This document shows, in pieces, positions 28,694-40,733 of a stretch of 64,000 bases of DNA. The stretch is from NCBI GenBank assembly GCA_965656375.1, contig CBFHKH010000001.1:13432-77431 (forward strand), read 5' to 3'. This DNA comes from Minisyncoccia bacterium (lineage in GTDB: Bacteria > Patescibacteriota > Minisyncoccia > Phycocordibacterales > UBA9973). Below the pieces are notes generated by a model that was given only the letters and a program-made list of their open reading frames with translations, made no database searches and had not been told where the DNA came from. Both the position numbers and the translations under genes were made by a program. The first letter of the stretch is position 1; each line of letters begins with the position of its first letter.

Positions 28694-31600
28694 ATGAAAA
28701 CAATTGATACAACAGATTTCGATTCAATCACGCTCAAACTCGCATCACCTGAGCGTATTCGTGAGTGGTCATATGGTGAAGTTACAAAGCCAGAGACGAT
28801 CAACTACCGTACTGGTCGCAGTGAACGCAGCGGACTCTTCGATGAGCGTATTTTCGGTCCAGAAAAAGACTACGAATGTTACTGTGGAAAATACCGACGT
28901 ATTCGCTACAAAGATATCGTCTGTGAAAAATGTGGCGTGGAAGTTACTCGCTCAATAGTTCGTCGTGATCGTATGGGTCACATTGAGCTCGCATCACCGG
29001 TTGCACATATCTGGTTCCTTCGTGGTGTTCCATCACGCATGTCAGTACTCCTCAATATATCAGTGGGTGATCTTGAAAAAGTGATTTACTTTGCAGGATA
29101 CATCATTACGAAAGTTCACAATGAAGAGAAGGAGATGATCGTCAAAAATCTTGAAAGTGAATTTAAAGCTAAAGTTAAAAGTGCTCCAGACGAAGAATCA
29201 AAAGAGAAGCTCAAAGAGCTCCTTACAAACACAAAGCGTGAGATTGGTGACATTGTAGAAGGAAAAGTGCTCAATGAAATCGCATATCATCACTTTGGGC
29301 TCAAATACGGTTCATGTTTCGAAGCGTCAATCGGTGCAGAAGCTATATTTACATTGTTCAAAAATCTCGACCTCGAAAAATTGAAAGCAGAGACTTCGGC
29401 AATGATTCCGAAAGCAAGTGCGATCGAGAAAGAAAAGCTCGAGAAGCGAATGTCACTTATCCGTTCTATGCTTCACTCTGGCATCCGACCTGAATGGATG
29501 TTCCTTACGGTGATTCCAGTTATTCCTCCAGCACTTCGCCCTATGGTTGCGCTTGATGGGGGACGTCATGCAACATCTGACCTCAACGACTTGTATCGCC
29601 GCGTGATAAATAGAAACAACCGTCTCAAGAAATTGAAAGAGATCGGTGCTCCAGACGTGATCCTCCGCAATGAAAAGCGTATTCTTCAAGAAGCATGCGA
29701 TGCACTTATCGATAACTCTATCGCAAAGCAAAATGATTCACAGGCAATTTCTGCTTCACAGAAGCGTGCACTCAAATCTCTCTCTGATAATTTGAAATCA
29801 AAGCAAGGTCTCTTCCGCCAGAACCTGCTTGGTAAGCGTGTGGACTACTCAGGACGTTCTGTTATCGTGGTTGGTCCGGGACTCAAGCTTAATCAGTGTG
29901 GTCTTCCAAAGCACATGGCGCTTGAACTTTTCCGTCCGTTCGTTATTTCTAAAGTTCTCGAGACAGAGCTTGCCTTTAACATCCGCGGTGCGAACCGCTT
30001 AATCGAAGAAGGAGTTCCAGAAGTCTGGGCGATCCTCGAAGAGGTGATCCGCGGTAAGCATGTACTTTTGAACCGTGCGCCGACTCTTCACCGCCTTGGT
30101 ATTCAGGCATTCAATCCAATACTCATCGAAGGTAATGCGATCCAGGTTCACCCACTCGTCTGTACAGGATTCAACGCCGACTTCGACGGAGACCAGATGG
30201 CAGTATATGTACCGCTTTCAGATATGGCTCAAGCAGAGGCACGTGATTACATGGCTTCAAACAAGAACTTGCTCAAGCCACAAGATGGTGCTCCGATTGT
30301 AATGCCGAAAATGGATATGATTCTCGGCTGTTACTGGATGACAAAATCAGTTGATGGTGAACGCGGCGAAGGAATGGCATTCTCAAGTCCAAATCAGGCT
30401 ATTACTGCATTCGACCTTGGAGTGATTACATTCCGCGCGAAAATTAAAGTGCTTGGTAACAGTGAAAAAGCTCGATACGACAGATTTGAAGGTAAACCAT
30501 TTGAAACGACAGTTGGAAGACTTTTCTTCAACAGTATTTTCCCTGAAGATTTCCCATACATGAACGAAGAAATCACAATCAAGCGCATGTCACTCCTCGT
30601 GGATGAACTCATCATGCATTACGGTATTGATGCGACTCCAAAAGTCCTCGACAAGATCAAGGATTTCGGTTTCCAATATGCGACATATTCAGGAGTTACC
30701 TGGGGTATCGACAATGTTCGAGTGCCAGAAGGAAAAGCAGCGATCGTAGCAAAAGGCCGCAAAGAAGAAGAACTTGTTCGCGAACAGTTTGCTGACGGTC
30801 TGCTCTCATCCGATGAACAGTATCAGAAGGTGATTGAGATCTGGGAACATGCAAAGAAAGAAATTGAGAAGATCATTCCAGAAACACTCGATATCAAAGG
30901 ATCGACTTACGACCTTATTACTTCAGGGGCTCGAGGAAACATGGGATCATTGGTACAGATGTGTGGTATGAAAGGTCTCATTGTAAACACATCAGGTGCG
31001 ACGCTCGATTTCCCAATCATCCCATCATACATCGAAGGTCTTTCTCCACTTGAATACTTCATTACAACACACGGTTCTCGTAAGGGTGCAGCCGATACTG
31101 CTCTTAATACTGCGAAGGCTGGATATCTTACACGTCGTCTTGTAGATGTTGCTCAGGATGTCGTTGTTACCGAAGAAGATTGCGGTACAAAAAATGGCAA
31201 GAAGATCGTTGCTGTCGAAGGTGTATTTGCAAAATACATCCACGGACGAGTACTCCTTGCTGATATCAAAGGTGAAGACGGAAAAGTTCTCTTTAAGAAA
31301 GGTTCCCTCATCATGAAAGAAGATTCGAGAATGCTTGAGAAAGTAGGGGTCAAAGAAGCATTTGTTCGTACGCCGCTATCATGTGAGACAACACACGGCA
31401 TCTGTCGTATGTGTTACGGTCTTGATCTTGGACGAAACGCTATGATTGAACGTGGTCAGGCTGTCGGTATTATCGCAGCCCAGGCTATCGGTGAACCAGG
31501 TACACAGCTTACCCTCCGTACATTCCACGCCGGAGGTGTGGCGACTGTCGACATTACGACTGGGCTACCTCGTGTCGAAGAAATCTTTGAGCGACGTATT

Positions 31601-32338
31601 CCAAAGAACCCGGCAATTGTTTCAGTTACGAATGGTGAAGTTATAGACATCACTGACAATGGCAAGGAGAAAATCATTAAGGTTCTCTCTGACCTGTCTG
31701 CGCAGGCAGGTACAAAAGGCGATGCAAAGACAAACGAAATGGAATACACTGTTGCATTCCGTCGCCAGCCACTTGTAAAAGTTGGTTCAAAAGTCAAAAA
31801 AGGTGATCTTCTTACAGATGGATCTGCAGATATCAATGAAATCGTAAAATATGGAGGCAAAGAAGTTGCCGAAGAATACATCGTCGATGAAATCAACAAA
31901 GTCTACGACCTCCAGAGTGCATCAATCTCTCGTAAGCACATCGAAATTATTATTCGTCAGATGTTCTCTCGAAAGCGCATCAAGGATGCAGGTGATACGA
32001 CATTCTCACCTGGTGAGATCGTTGAAGCTATCGAACTAATAGAAGAAAATGCTCGGGTTGTAGAAGAAGATAATGGAAAAGAAGCAGAAGCAACTACAAT
32101 TGTCCTTGGTATTACAGAAGTATCCCTTACGACAAAGAGCTGGCTTTCTGCAGCATCATTCCAGAACACGAATCGTGTCCTCATCAATAATGCTGTTCGC
32201 GGCGGAGTCGATAATCTACGCGGACTCAAGGAAAACGTGATCATCGGAAACCTTATTCCAGCCGGTACTGGATTTGGGCTAAAGCGTGCGGACAGAATAC
32301 AAGAAGAAGCTGCCCAAAACGTTGAGGAGTCTTTATAA
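28694..32338 (+). CDS. rpoC: DNA-directed RNA polymerase subunit beta'
   Basis: The Zn-finger [23 protein letters not shown], the catalytic [11 protein letters not shown] motif, and bridge-helix and trigger-loop regions are present. Confidence 0.97.
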   Translation: MKTIDTTDFDSITLKLASPERIREWSYGEVTKPETINYRTGRSERSGLFDERIFGPEKDYECYCGKYRRIRYKDIVCEKCGVEVTRSIVRRDRMGHIELASPVAHIWFLRGVPSRMSVLLNISVGDLEKVIYFAGYIITKVHNEEKEMIVKNLESEFKAKVKSAPDEESKEKLKELLTNTKREIGDIVEGKVLNEIAYHHFGLKYGSCFEASIGAEAIFTLFKNLDLEKLKAETSAMIPKASAIEKEKLEKRMSLIRSMLHSGIRPEWMFLTVIPVIPPALRPMVALDGGRHATSDLNDLYRRVINRNNRLKKLKEIGAPDVILRNEKRILQEACDALIDNSIAKQNDSQAISASQKRALKSLSDNLKSKQGLFRQNLLGKRVDYSGRSVIVVGPGLKLNQCGLPKHMALELFRPFVISKVLETELAFNIRGANRLIEEGVPEVWAILEEVIRGKHVLLNRAPTLHRLGIQAFNPILIEGNAIQVHPLVCTGFNADFDGDQMAVYVPLSDMAQAEARDYMASNKNLLKPQDGAPIVMPKMDMILGCYWMTKSVDGERGEGMAFSSPNQAITAFDLGVITFRAKIKVLGNSEKARYDRFEGKPFETTVGRLFFNSIFPEDFPYMNEEITIKRMSLLVDELIMHYGIDATPKVLDKIKDFGFQYATYSGVTWGIDNVRVPEGKAAIVAKGRKEEELVREQFADGLLSSDEQYQKVIEIWEHAKKEIEKIIPETLDIKGSTYDLITSGARGNMGSLVQMCGMKGLIVNTSGATLDFPIIPSYIEGLSPLEYFITTHGSRKGAADTALNTAKAGYLTRRLVDVAQDVVVTEEDCGTKNGKKIVAVEGVFAKYIHGRVLLADIKGEDGKVLFKKGSLIMKEDSRMLEKVGVKEAFVRTPLSCETTHGICRMCYGLDLGRNAMIERGQAVGIIAAQAIGEPGTQLTLRTFHAGGVATVDITTGLPRVEEIFERRIPKNPAIVSVTNGEVIDITDNGKEKIIKVLSDLSAQAGTKGDAKTNEMEYTVAFRRQPLVKVGSKVKKGDLLTDGSADINEIVKYGGKEVAEEYIVDEINKVYDLQSASISRKHIEIIIRQMFSRKRIKDAGDTTFSPGEIVEAIELIEENARVVEEDNGKEAEATTIVLGITEVSLTTKSWLSAASFQNTNRVLINNAVRGGVDNLRGLKENVIIGNLIPAGTGFGLKRADRIQEEAAQNVEESL

Positions 32339-32360
32339 CTAATGTAGGTACAGGGGAAAT

Positions 32361-34109
32361 ATGAACTCACCTGTGGATCAAATCAAAGAACGCCTTCCTA
32401 TCGTTGATGTTATTTCCTCGTACCTGAAAGTTGATCAATCGGGTAAGAATTTTAAAGCTCGTTGCCCGTTTCATAACGAGAAGACTCCATCATTCTATAT
32501 ATCTCCAGACCGCAATACGTACTATTGCTTCGGGTGCGGAGCCAAAGGTGATATCTTTTCATTCGTTGAGAAATTCGAAGGCACTGACTTTTTAGGTGCC
32601 CTTCGGATGCTCGCGCTTCGTGCAGGAGTTACACTTACGCGTGGTAATTCAAGCGAATCTCGTGACAAGAAAGAATTGTGGTATGAGATCATGGATGAGG
32701 CCGCTACATTTTTCGAAAATACATTTATCGGTAAATCGGAAGCACGAGCATACCTTTTAAGTCGTGGTCTGAGCGATGCTACGATGGCACATTTTCGTAT
32801 TGGCTATGCAGAAGATAAATGGCGATCAGTTTCTGACCACCTTATCTCCAAAGGTTACAAAAAAGAAGATCTCGAAACAGTGGGTCTGATAAAAACAAAA
32901 GAAGACGGATACTATGATCGGTTCCGCTCTCGGATTATGTTTCCGATTAGCGATTCAAGTGGTCGAGTTATCGCATTCTCTGGAAGGATTTTTAACCTGC
33001 CTGCGCAGGCAGGTAAAGCAGAGATACCAGAGGCAAAATATCTCAACAGCCCGGATACTCCACTTTTTAATAAATCAAACGTATTATTTGGGATTGATAA
33101 AGCAAAAACATCAATACGGACTCGCGGATACAGTATCGTTGTCGAAGGACAGCTTGATCTTATACTTTCTCATCAGGCAGGATTTACGAACACTGTTGCC
33201 GTTTCAGGGACTGCACTTGCAGATAATATTACTGGTACTGAGGAAGATAAGATAAACAACCTCGGTCTCATTCGTCGCCTTTCTCCGAATATCATTTTTG
33301 CATACGATGGAGATGAAGCTGGTGTTCGTGCAGCGGGTAGATCGGCAACGATTGCGCTTGCGCTTGATATGCAGGTCAAAGTCGCTGTCATGCCCGAAGG
33401 AAAGGATCCAGCGGATATTATCTTTGAAAACCCTGATTCATGGAAAGAGTACATCAGGAAATCCGTCAATATTATAAGCTTCCATATTGACCGAATTACG
33501 AGAAGCACCACTGATACCAGAATACGAGGCAAGAAGGTTAGAGACATCGTATTTCCATTTCTTGCGATGATAAAAAGCGCTATAGAGAAATCAGCTTATA
33601 TAACAGAGATCAGTTCAAAAATCGGATTACCTGAGCGAGCGATCCTGGAAGATTTTGAATCCTATCTACAGACCAGAACAAAAGAGGTAGATGTGCCAGC
33701 AATCAAAAAAGATTCTGCACCACCGAAGGAGAAACAATCCCGCAGGCAAGATCTAGAAAATAGGCTCTTCAGTATCATTTTTTGGCAAGGGGACACAGGT
33801 GAGAAGTCAGAACGGATAAAAGAATTGTGTGATCATTTTAAAACAGAAGTCGGTGCGGAAGAGTTTGAAAGTATGTATCAAAGCTATCAACCATTTTCTG
33901 ATTCTCTCGCATTTGAAGCCGAAACGTGGTATGGTAGCAAGACTGATACTCTCAGTCGCGATACGGAAGAATTATTGCTTAATCTTGAGGAAGAAATACT
34001 CCATGGGCGTAAACACTCTCTTGGTCCACTGGACACTGAAGATAAACTGAAGCAATTTAATATATTATCAAAACGCATAGAAGAAATTAAGCATAAACGC
34101 TCCTTATAA
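32361..34109 (+). CDS. dnaG: DNA primase
   Basis: The Zn-ribbon [11 protein letters not shown]...CFGCGAKGD is present. The TOPRIM region EGQLDLI...YDGDEAG is present. Confidence 0.9.
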   Translation: MNSPVDQIKERLPIVDVISSYLKVDQSGKNFKARCPFHNEKTPSFYISPDRNTYYCFGCGAKGDIFSFVEKFEGTDFLGALRMLALRAGVTLTRGNSSESRDKKELWYEIMDEAATFFENTFIGKSEARAYLLSRGLSDATMAHFRIGYAEDKWRSVSDHLISKGYKKEDLETVGLIKTKEDGYYDRFRSRIMFPISDSSGRVIAFSGRIFNLPAQAGKAEIPEAKYLNSPDTPLFNKSNVLFGIDKAKTSIRTRGYSIVVEGQLDLILSHQAGFTNTVAVSGTALADNITGTEEDKINNLGLIRRLSPNIIFAYDGDEAGVRAAGRSATIALALDMQVKVAVMPEGKDPADIIFENPDSWKEYIRKSVNIISFHIDRITRSTTDTRIRGKKVRDIVFPFLAMIKSAIEKSAYITEISSKIGLPERAILEDFESYLQTRTKEVDVPAIKKDSAPPKEKQSRRQDLENRLFSIIFWQGDTGEKSERIKELCDHFKTEVGAEEFESMYQSYQPFSDSLAFEAETWYGSKTDTLSRDTEELLLNLEEEILHGRKHSLGPLDTEDKLKQFNILSKRIEEIKHKRSL

Positions 34110-34113
34110 TCGT

Positions 34114-35403
34114 ATGAAGAAAAAAACAAAACAAAAATCAAATAAGAAGATACAGAGCAAGAAAACAAAACCAGCAGTGAAGAAAAAGGTTGTAAAAAAA
34201 GCACCTAAGAAGACTACCAAAAATGCTCCTCACAAAAAGCCTATAAAGAAAGCTCCACAAAAAAAAGCTGTAGTGGCAAAGAAGAAGGTGGTAGCGCCAA
34301 AGAGCGCCAAGCAAACAGCCGGCAGCAAAAAGTCCCAAGAACTTGAGCAAAAATCACTCGAGATGATAGAAAAAGGCAAGAAGCGGGGTTTTGTTACTTA
34401 TGACGAGATAATCAAAGTATTTCCTGATATTGAAAATAATATCCTTTTCTTGGACGAATTGTATGAGAAGCTTGCCGTTGCGGGTATCGATGTGCTCGAA
34501 GGAGGTAACCTCCTCGATACTGACGGAGAGAATGAAAAAACTGCGCTTAAGTATAGCAAGGACGCTGTTGCGTATGACTCTATACAGATATATTTGAAGG
34601 AAATTGGCCAGTATCCGCTCATCAACGCAAATGACGAGAAGGACCTTGCTCGACGTATTGAAAAAGGGGATTTGGAAGCAAAGAATTTGCTTGCCCGTGC
34701 GAATCTCCGCCTCGTAGTTTCTATTGCTAAGAAATATGTAGGACGTAGCTCTGATTTGACGCTTCTTGACCTTATTCAAGAAGGAAACCTTGGCCTGTTC
34801 AAGGCTGTAGAGAAATTCGACTGGACAAAGGGATACAAATTCTCAACCTATGCGACATGGTGGATTCGCCAGTCCATCACACGTGCGCTTGCCGATCAGT
34901 CTCGTACGATCCGTATTCCAGTTCACATGGTTGAAACTATTTCTAAATACAAACAGGTTGTTCGAAGACTTTCGCAAGACCTTGGTCGCGAACCGCTCGT
35001 TGAAGAAATTGCAACAGAAATGAATCTTGAAGTAGAGAAGATCCACATCATAGAGCAGATCAATCAGGAGACAGTATCACTCGAACAGCCAATAGGGGAT
35101 GATGATGAGAAATCTACTCGTGGTGAGTTTATTCCTGATGACAAGATTCTTCGCCCTGATCAGGATTCATCACGTCGTATTCTTTCCGATCAGATCAAAG
35201 AAGTGCTCGATACACTCAGTCCAAAGGAACGTAAGATCCTCGAGCTTCGCTACGGACTCAATGATGGTATCCAGCATACCCTTGAAGAAGTGGGAACTGA
35301 GTTTGGTGTTACTCGTGAGCGTATTCGTCAGATTGAAGCGAAAGTCCACGAAAAACTCCGCAACAATGATAAGATCGCTCGATTGAAAAACTATTTTGAT
35401 TAG
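34114..35403 (+). CDS. rpoD: RNA polymerase sigma factor of the RpoD/sigma-70 family, with a roughly 85-aa Lys/Ala-rich N-terminal extension
   Basis: Region 2 ([18 protein letters not shown]...[13 protein letters not shown]), region 3 and region 4 ([15 protein letters not shown]...[18 protein letters not shown]) are present. The dnaG-rpoD order is conserved. Confidence 0.9.
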   Translation: MKKKTKQKSNKKIQSKKTKPAVKKKVVKKAPKKTTKNAPHKKPIKKAPQKKAVVAKKKVVAPKSAKQTAGSKKSQELEQKSLEMIEKGKKRGFVTYDEIIKVFPDIENNILFLDELYEKLAVAGIDVLEGGNLLDTDGENEKTALKYSKDAVAYDSIQIYLKEIGQYPLINANDEKDLARRIEKGDLEAKNLLARANLRLVVSIAKKYVGRSSDLTLLDLIQEGNLGLFKAVEKFDWTKGYKFSTYATWWIRQSITRALADQSRTIRIPVHMVETISKYKQVVRRLSQDLGREPLVEEIATEMNLEVEKIHIIEQINQETVSLEQPIGDDDEKSTRGEFIPDDKILRPDQDSSRRILSDQIKEVLDTLSPKERKILELRYGLNDGIQHTLEEVGTEFGVTRERIRQIEAKVHEKLRNNDKIARLKNYFD

Positions 35404-35484
35404 CGAGGAGCATTTGAAAGTAAACTTTCAAACTGTCCGAGTGACATCAAAATATTGTACCCAGTTATATTTCGATTAGTAAAA

Positions 35485-35525
35485 ATACAGAAATAGCCCT
35501 TACAGAAGGGCTATTTCTGTATTTG
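35485..35525 (+). terminator. Rho-independent terminator after rpoD
   Basis: A 15-bp perfect stem, acagaaatagccctt / aagggctatttctgt, has a 4-nt loop and is followed by atttg. Confidence 0.7.
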
Positions 35526-35627
35526 ACGCAGTTTAATTTTAATGTTAATATCCGTAAAAATATACTCGCACAAACTGTGCTCAATTATATATAACTATTC
35601 TTTGACAAAAAACTTAAAACTCAAAAC

Positions 35628-37391
35628 ATGATCGATTTCCAAAAGTTACTATCAGAACAATCTTCAGTGAAGGTAGTTTTGAACGGAGGGCACTCCGTAT
35701 TAGAAGATGCAACTGTTCCCTTTATGATAGGACTCGACGACAAAACTGCTGAAAGGCAACCTACACATGTGTTGGTAATTACATTGCCACATTCATCTTA
35801 TGAAACCCATTATGGATCGTTAGACGATGCAAAAAGATGGTGTACTCAGGCTGGTGAAAGGCAAATATTCGAACTGAACAAGATTGGATATTTGCAATTC
35901 CACAAGCCTGGAAAACAAAATGTAATTTTTGTGCTTATCAAAGATTTAAACCGTGAAAGAAAAGGAGAACTTTTGAAAAAAAGAAGCTTGTGCACGCATT
36001 ATTCAAATGAAATCCATTTTTCCGATGTTGAAGCAAATACAATTACCGGGGTTAATGTGGTGGGGTATTGTGAAGAGTTGATCGAAATACCAAAAGAATT
36101 TTTTGCTACGAAACCAGAAAAAGGTTTACGACTGGAGTGGCACAAATGGGTAAACCGATGGTGGCTATCTTCGCCAATTGATGAATGCCAATTCAGAAAA
36201 AGAGCGATAATAGCAACAACTATCCAGCCTATTGCCTGGGTTTTGGGATTTACCTTACGTTTCATCTTTGCGATGGTATGTAATGTTTTGTACCCAACGA
36301 TCATATTACTTGCTTTCCTGGTTGGTTCGCAATTCGGGGCAAAACAATTCTTCATTAATTTGGGTAAACTGAACTGGGATTTTCTATTCCTGTTTAGAAA
36401 GCTGCGATGGAGTAATGTCCTTGCAATTTCGGATTTCTTTTTTCAGGAGGATAAATGGTTCGAATTTAAGGAGTACAGGATGGGTAAGAAATCATTCGGT
36501 ATACCTATATCGCCGCTTGGCCTGACTATACAGATTATTTCAGGAATCTATCTTTATTTAGCTTTCTATTCTATAATTTTTCTGCAAAGAGATTTTATAG
36601 GATCGTTTGTGCAGGGATCGATCGCAATTCTGGTTACTCTATGGCACGCCTTCTTTGTTGTAAGTACTATGCCGTATGATGGAGTAGATAAATGGCTTGA
36701 TAAAACGTTAGGTGAAAAAGAAAAGTTTAAAATCAACCGTATCTGGACTATCATAGGTACAATGATCTTTATTTTGGGTGTGACAGCATTTTCAATATGG
36801 ATGCCGTGGGTTAAAACTGGCAATGCCATTAGTTCATTTGTTATAACATATTGGAAATTCATTGCCGTAATAGCAGGGGTAGTATTATTCTTTACCTTTG
36901 GTAAAAAGGTTTTAAAGCACTATTACAAAAGAACTCTGGTGTTCTTGATGTTTGCCACGGTGACCTATGCGATTTTGGTGATAATGACCCCCAGCATGTT
37001 GTTTAAAAGTAATTATTCATTTAGTACTAAACATTGGATTGTAATTATCACTGGCCTGGTATTTATCCTCATCTCAGTTTTTGGTAGTAAACTATCTTAC
37101 GTAATGAATAGTATTGCTAAGAAACTCAGCAAGATGGAGATATTTAAAAAGCAAGAATCTAAAAAACTTGCTCCAGTTCAAATCAAGACAACGCAGTACG
37201 TGTCACCAAGCCTTGGGCTTGATGAGTGGTATAAGAAGAACATGGCAATCACTGATCTGCCGGTGAATGTGAATAACTTAACCCCAAAAGACATCGTTGC
37301 TCCAACAAAAAAAGCAGCCTTTGTTCTGCAATTCAAAGTTGGGTATTGGCGACTGAAATCAAAGCTATGTAAGCCGTATGCTAAGAGTTAA
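35628..37391 (+). CDS. Hypothetical polytopic membrane protein: roughly 150-aa N-terminal soluble domain plus about 10 predicted TM helices
   Basis: Complete ORF in an AT-rich segment. The hydrophobic segments include AWVLGFTLRFIFAMV and ILLAFLVGSQFG. No motif was recognised. Confidence 0.45.
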   Translation: MIDFQKLLSEQSSVKVVLNGGHSVLEDATVPFMIGLDDKTAERQPTHVLVITLPHSSYETHYGSLDDAKRWCTQAGERQIFELNKIGYLQFHKPGKQNVIFVLIKDLNRERKGELLKKRSLCTHYSNEIHFSDVEANTITGVNVVGYCEELIEIPKEFFATKPEKGLRLEWHKWVNRWWLSSPIDECQFRKRAIIATTIQPIAWVLGFTLRFIFAMVCNVLYPTIILLAFLVGSQFGAKQFFINLGKLNWDFLFLFRKLRWSNVLAISDFFFQEDKWFEFKEYRMGKKSFGIPISPLGLTIQIISGIYLYLAFYSIIFLQRDFIGSFVQGSIAILVTLWHAFFVVSTMPYDGVDKWLDKTLGEKEKFKINRIWTIIGTMIFILGVTAFSIWMPWVKTGNAISSFVITYWKFIAVIAGVVLFFTFGKKVLKHYYKRTLVFLMFATVTYAILVIMTPSMLFKSNYSFSTKHWIVIITGLVFILISVFGSKLSYVMNSIAKKLSKMEIFKKQESKKLAPVQIKTTQYVSPSLGLDEWYKKNMAITDLPVNVNNLTPKDIVAPTKKAAFVLQFKVGYWRLKSKLCKPYAKS

Positions 37392-37413
37392 GTTCTATAC
37401 GTTTTTGAAGGAT

Positions 37414-37451
37414 AAAAAATCCCGCTCATTATGGAGCGGGATTTCTTTTTG
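37414..37451. terminator. Bidirectional terminator between convergent genes
   Basis: The stem aatcccgctc / gagcgggatt has a 4-nt loop. It is flanked by an A tract and by ttcttttt. Confidence 0.7.
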
Positions 37452-37456
37452 ATAAT

Positions 37457-38245
37457 TTAGAGTTGCTCAGAGACTGATTCGTCGCCGGTTTTGAGGAGGC
37501 CGAAGAGAAGATCGCTGTATTTCCAGAATGCGTCATTGCCTTTCAATTGTGCGATGCAATCTGCGGCTACGAGCTTCTCGAATGAATGTTGATGGATGGG
37601 GTAGTGACGGTAGATCCAGCGGACGCTCTCTCCATTTTCTTTGATGATACGCTCCATTGTTGGATGGAATTGCTTGCAGAACGGACATTCAAAGTCTGAG
37701 TATTCTATTACCGTAACAACTGGATTCGAGGCGCCCATGGTATGATCATTTGGTTCACTGATGGCAACGCTTCCTTTATAAACTTCACTGATGTTTTGTG
37801 TCTCTATTTTTGTAGTTCCATCAGCTTGCTTGACTGAAACGTCTGCTGTCGCAATACGTCCTTCTTTCGCTGCCGCAATGATCATATTCGTTCGTTCATA
37901 GCTATCAGCGCCTCGGATCTCAGTCTTGAATCCGTTTGGACCGATAACAACACTATATGGTGTACCTCGCTCATCTTTCGGAATGTGGCTCATAGCTTTA
38001 TCTACACTCTCGCTTATTCGCGTCGAAACGGCATCTACATCTGTCGCTACAATGCATGCATTGAGCTTGTCTTTTGATACACCGACTTGTTCTGATAATG
38101 TTTTTGATTGACCACTGTTTACTGAAAATCCACCTGTACCAGCTCCTTTTGTTATTATGATTCCTATCATAATGAGAAATCCTGCTAGTACGATAGCTAC
38201 TGGAGTTGATAATTGTTGTTTTGGTTGTGTATTGTTTTCTTCCAT
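37457..38245 (-). CDS. Membrane-anchored DsbA/thioredoxin-family thiol:disulfide oxidoreductase with an extra N-terminal domain
   Basis: There is an N-terminal TM (VAIVLAGFLIMIGIII). The CxxC active site lies in VIEYSDFECPFCKQFHP. The overall fold pattern is DsbA-like. Confidence 0.6.
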   Translation of the reverse strand: MEENNTQPKQQLSTPVAIVLAGFLIMIGIIITKGAGTGGFSVNSGQSKTLSEQVGVSKDKLNACIVATDVDAVSTRISESVDKAMSHIPKDERGTPYSVVIGPNGFKTEIRGADSYERTNMIIAAAKEGRIATADVSVKQADGTTKIETQNISEVYKGSVAISEPNDHTMGASNPVVTVIEYSDFECPFCKQFHPTMERIIKENGESVRWIYRHYPIHQHSFEKLVAADCIAQLKGNDAFWKYSDLLFGLLKTGDESVSEQL

Positions 38246-38380
38246 ATGGCATAGTATATCACACAGGTTTACTTGTCTCCTATTTAGAAGTAGTGGTATA
38301 CTAGGGGAGTACGAATAACGGTTCTCTTATTAATTAATTTCGCCTATCGCACTTTTGCGAGGCGAATAACATACACGTAT

Positions 38381-38668
38381 ATGACATGTAATTGTAATCA
38401 CGGTAAATGTGGACTTGCAAAGTTCGCATGGGTTCTCGTTGTTATTGGTGGTCTTAACTGGGGTCTTGTCGGTCTCGGCATGCTCATGAATTCTGACTGG
38501 AATGTAGTTGGAATGCTTCTCGGTTCATGGCCTATGGTGCTTGCAATCGTTTACCTCTTGGTAGGTATTGCGACACTTGTTAAGCTCTTTGGCTGCCCAT
38601 GCAAGAAGTGCAAGGAATGCACAGTAGCTACTCCAAGTGCAACTTCTACACCAGGTTCAACAATGTAA
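38381..38668 (+). CDS. DUF378-family small membrane protein with Cys-rich N- and C-terminal tags
   Basis: The core VLVVIGGLNWGLVGL...LVGIATLVKLF matches the DUF378 signature. It is flanked by CNCNHGKC and CPCKKCKEC. Confidence 0.55.
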   Translation: MTCNCNHGKCGLAKFAWVLVVIGGLNWGLVGLGMLMNSDWNVVGMLLGSWPMVLAIVYLLVGIATLVKLFGCPCKKCKECTVATPSATSTPGSTM

Positions 38669-38676
38669 TTTGGTTC

Positions 38677-38708
38677 TAAAAATACCCCGGAGATCGGGGT
38701 ATTTTTAC
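38677..38708 (+). terminator. Rho-independent terminator
   Basis: The hairpin taccccgg agat cggggta is followed by ttttt. Confidence 0.6.
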
Positions 38709-38747
38709 GTTGGAAACCAATGAAAATATGGTATACTACGCGTATAA

Positions 38748-39989
38748 ATGGAATCCACCTCAAGCATCGTATTTTATATAATTTCCTTCCTGCTCATGTA
38801 TACCCAGATCTTCTTTATGGTCACGTTCTTAGAGAAGAGACGAGAGATTAAAAAGCGAGTGGATTCGATTGATCTTGATGACTATCCTGCCATCACTGTT
38901 ATTGTCCCATGTTGGAACGAAGAGAAAACAATTCAAAAGACAGTAGAATCTCTTTTGAATGTACGGTATCCTCGAGACAAATTTTTTATTTTTTTGATAA
39001 ATGACGGAAGTACCGATCGGACAGAAGAAGTGTGCCGACAGTATGAAGGCAATTCTCAGATTCGCATATTTACGCAAGAGAATAGTGGTAAACATGCAGC
39101 TCTTAATCTCGGACTTTCACATGTCACTACTCCGTTTGTCGCATGTCTTGATGCTGATTCGTATGTCGATAAAGAAGCTGTCGTTCGAATGATGACTTAT
39201 TTCCAGAATCCGAAAGTGATGGCTGTCGCTCCTGTAGCGATTGTGGATGCCCCGAATACCTTCATGCAGAAGATTCAGCGTGTAGAGTACAATATGTCTG
39301 CTTTTACCAAGCAAATGCTTGCGCTTGTTGGAGGAATGCATGTGACACCGGGAACCCTTCCCATATACAGAAAGGAAGTTTTTGATAAGATCGGAGGATT
39401 TCGTCATGCATATAATACCGAAGATGGGGAGATAGCCCTTCGAATGCACAAGAATCATTTGAAGATCGCATACTGTGCTGATGCGTATGTATACACTACG
39501 GCGCCATCCTCAATTCCAAAGCTCTACAAGCAGCGTCTTCGCTGGATGTATGGTTTCATAAACAATGTCATAGATTATCGATCTATGTTGTTCAATCCAA
39601 AATACGGCGCCCTCGGGCTCCTCAGCCTTCCTTCAGGATTGATCGCGATCGTAGGTATTGTCTTCCTTTTTTTTAAATTCATTGGGAATCTGTTTAATTA
39701 TGTATATCTCAAAGCGGTCCAGTATAGTGTCGTAGGAACTGAAGGCGTTGTAAGTCATTTTCGCTTCGATTGGTTTTCTGTCAATACGAAAGCAATTGTA
39801 TTTATTATTTTAATAATGTATATTTTCTCCATACTATCGATCATCATCGGGACGAGAATTGTTTCCATGAAAACTAAATTCCCGTTACATACGGTCTCAT
39901 TTATGGTAGTATATACATTCATCGCCCCGTTTTGGATGTTAAAAGCGATTTATAATGTCCTTACATCAAAGCAAACCTCTTGGCGATAA
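38748..39989 (+). CDS. Processive family-2 glycosyltransferase (NodC/IcaA/PgaC/hyaluronan-synthase-like) with N- and C-terminal TM segments
   Basis: Motifs ITVIVPCWNEE, DGSTD, CLDADSYVD, TEDGE and QRLRW (the QxxRW motif) are present. TM helices flank the catalytic domain. Confidence 0.8.
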   Translation: MESTSSIVFYIISFLLMYTQIFFMVTFLEKRREIKKRVDSIDLDDYPAITVIVPCWNEEKTIQKTVESLLNVRYPRDKFFIFLINDGSTDRTEEVCRQYEGNSQIRIFTQENSGKHAALNLGLSHVTTPFVACLDADSYVDKEAVVRMMTYFQNPKVMAVAPVAIVDAPNTFMQKIQRVEYNMSAFTKQMLALVGGMHVTPGTLPIYRKEVFDKIGGFRHAYNTEDGEIALRMHKNHLKIAYCADAYVYTTAPSSIPKLYKQRLRWMYGFINNVIDYRSMLFNPKYGALGLLSLPSGLIAIVGIVFLFFKFIGNLFNYVYLKAVQYSVVGTEGVVSHFRFDWFSVNTKAIVFIILIMYIFSILSIIIGTRIVSMKTKFPLHTVSFMVVYTFIAPFWMLKAIYNVLTSKQTSWR

Positions 39990-39998
39990 TATATTTTT

Positions 39999-40730
39999 AT
40001 GGAAAAAAAAGATTCATCATCATTCATTAAGTACGTTGCTGTTTTTATCATAACGCTTTTTGTATTTGTTATCGCATCCTACCTTTCAGATTTCTTCACG
40101 AATAAGAAAATCCAGAGTATCAAGACGATCCAGGACAATATATTCCTTGACCTTCTTTCGTCTGAAACGCAATTCTCTCTTTTGCAAGAGATTCCATGCA
40201 ATACAGATAGTGGCTCAATCGTTTCTCCCGAGATGAATAACCTCGCTCAGAAAGTTGCCTCAAGCGAGCGAAGCTCAAGTATAAGCGAAGATGAAATTAC
40301 CAGTCTCAAAAAGTATTATTCAATACTCGAGATCAAAGATTATCTTTTGATGAAACGGATCAGCCAGCGCTGTTCTACTAAAAATGAGTTCATGCTTTAT
40401 TTCTACGAAAGCGATACGTGTGATGAATGTATGAAGCAGGAATATGTTCTCGATGCACTTCGAGTCAAATATCCTCAGTTACGAGTGTATCTCTTCGATA
40501 CAAAACTTGATCTTTCTGCACTTCGTTCGATGATAAGCATCTACAAGCCGGAAAAAGACTCAACATCATGGCTTGTCGTTAATGACAAAGTGTATACTGG
40601 ATTCAAATCAGTAGAAGATATTGAAAAGATAATTCCTACACTCAAAGCATCGGTAAAAGATGAATCAAAATCTTCATCGAGTGGAGAGAGTGCTACATCA
40701 TCAAGCAAACCTACCTCAAAGACTCGCTAA
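39999..40730 (+). CDS. Membrane-anchored thioredoxin-like protein with an atypical CDEC motif and a Ser-rich C-terminal tail (tentative)
   Basis: There is an N-terminal TM. MLYFYESDTCDECMKQEY...WLVVNDKVYTGFKSVEDIEKII fits the thioredoxin beta1-CxxC-alpha1 ... beta4 layout. Confidence 0.35.
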   Translation: MEKKDSSSFIKYVAVFIITLFVFVIASYLSDFFTNKKIQSIKTIQDNIFLDLLSSETQFSLLQEIPCNTDSGSIVSPEMNNLAQKVASSERSSSISEDEITSLKKYYSILEIKDYLLMKRISQRCSTKNEFMLYFYESDTCDECMKQEYVLDALRVKYPQLRVYLFDTKLDLSALRSMISIYKPEKDSTSWLVVNDKVYTGFKSVEDIEKIIPTLKASVKDESKSSSSGESATSSSKPTSKTR

Positions 40731-40733
40731 TAT

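Noticed and set aside
26150-32370. Numerous 60-150-aa ORFs on both strands inside rpoB, rpoC and the giant gene, for example 31456-31899(-), 31957-32370(-) and 23453-23827(-)
   Set aside because: They fully overlap high-confidence long genes in other frames and have biased composition, for example Pro/Ser-rich antisense of Gly-rich coding. They are treated as spurious.
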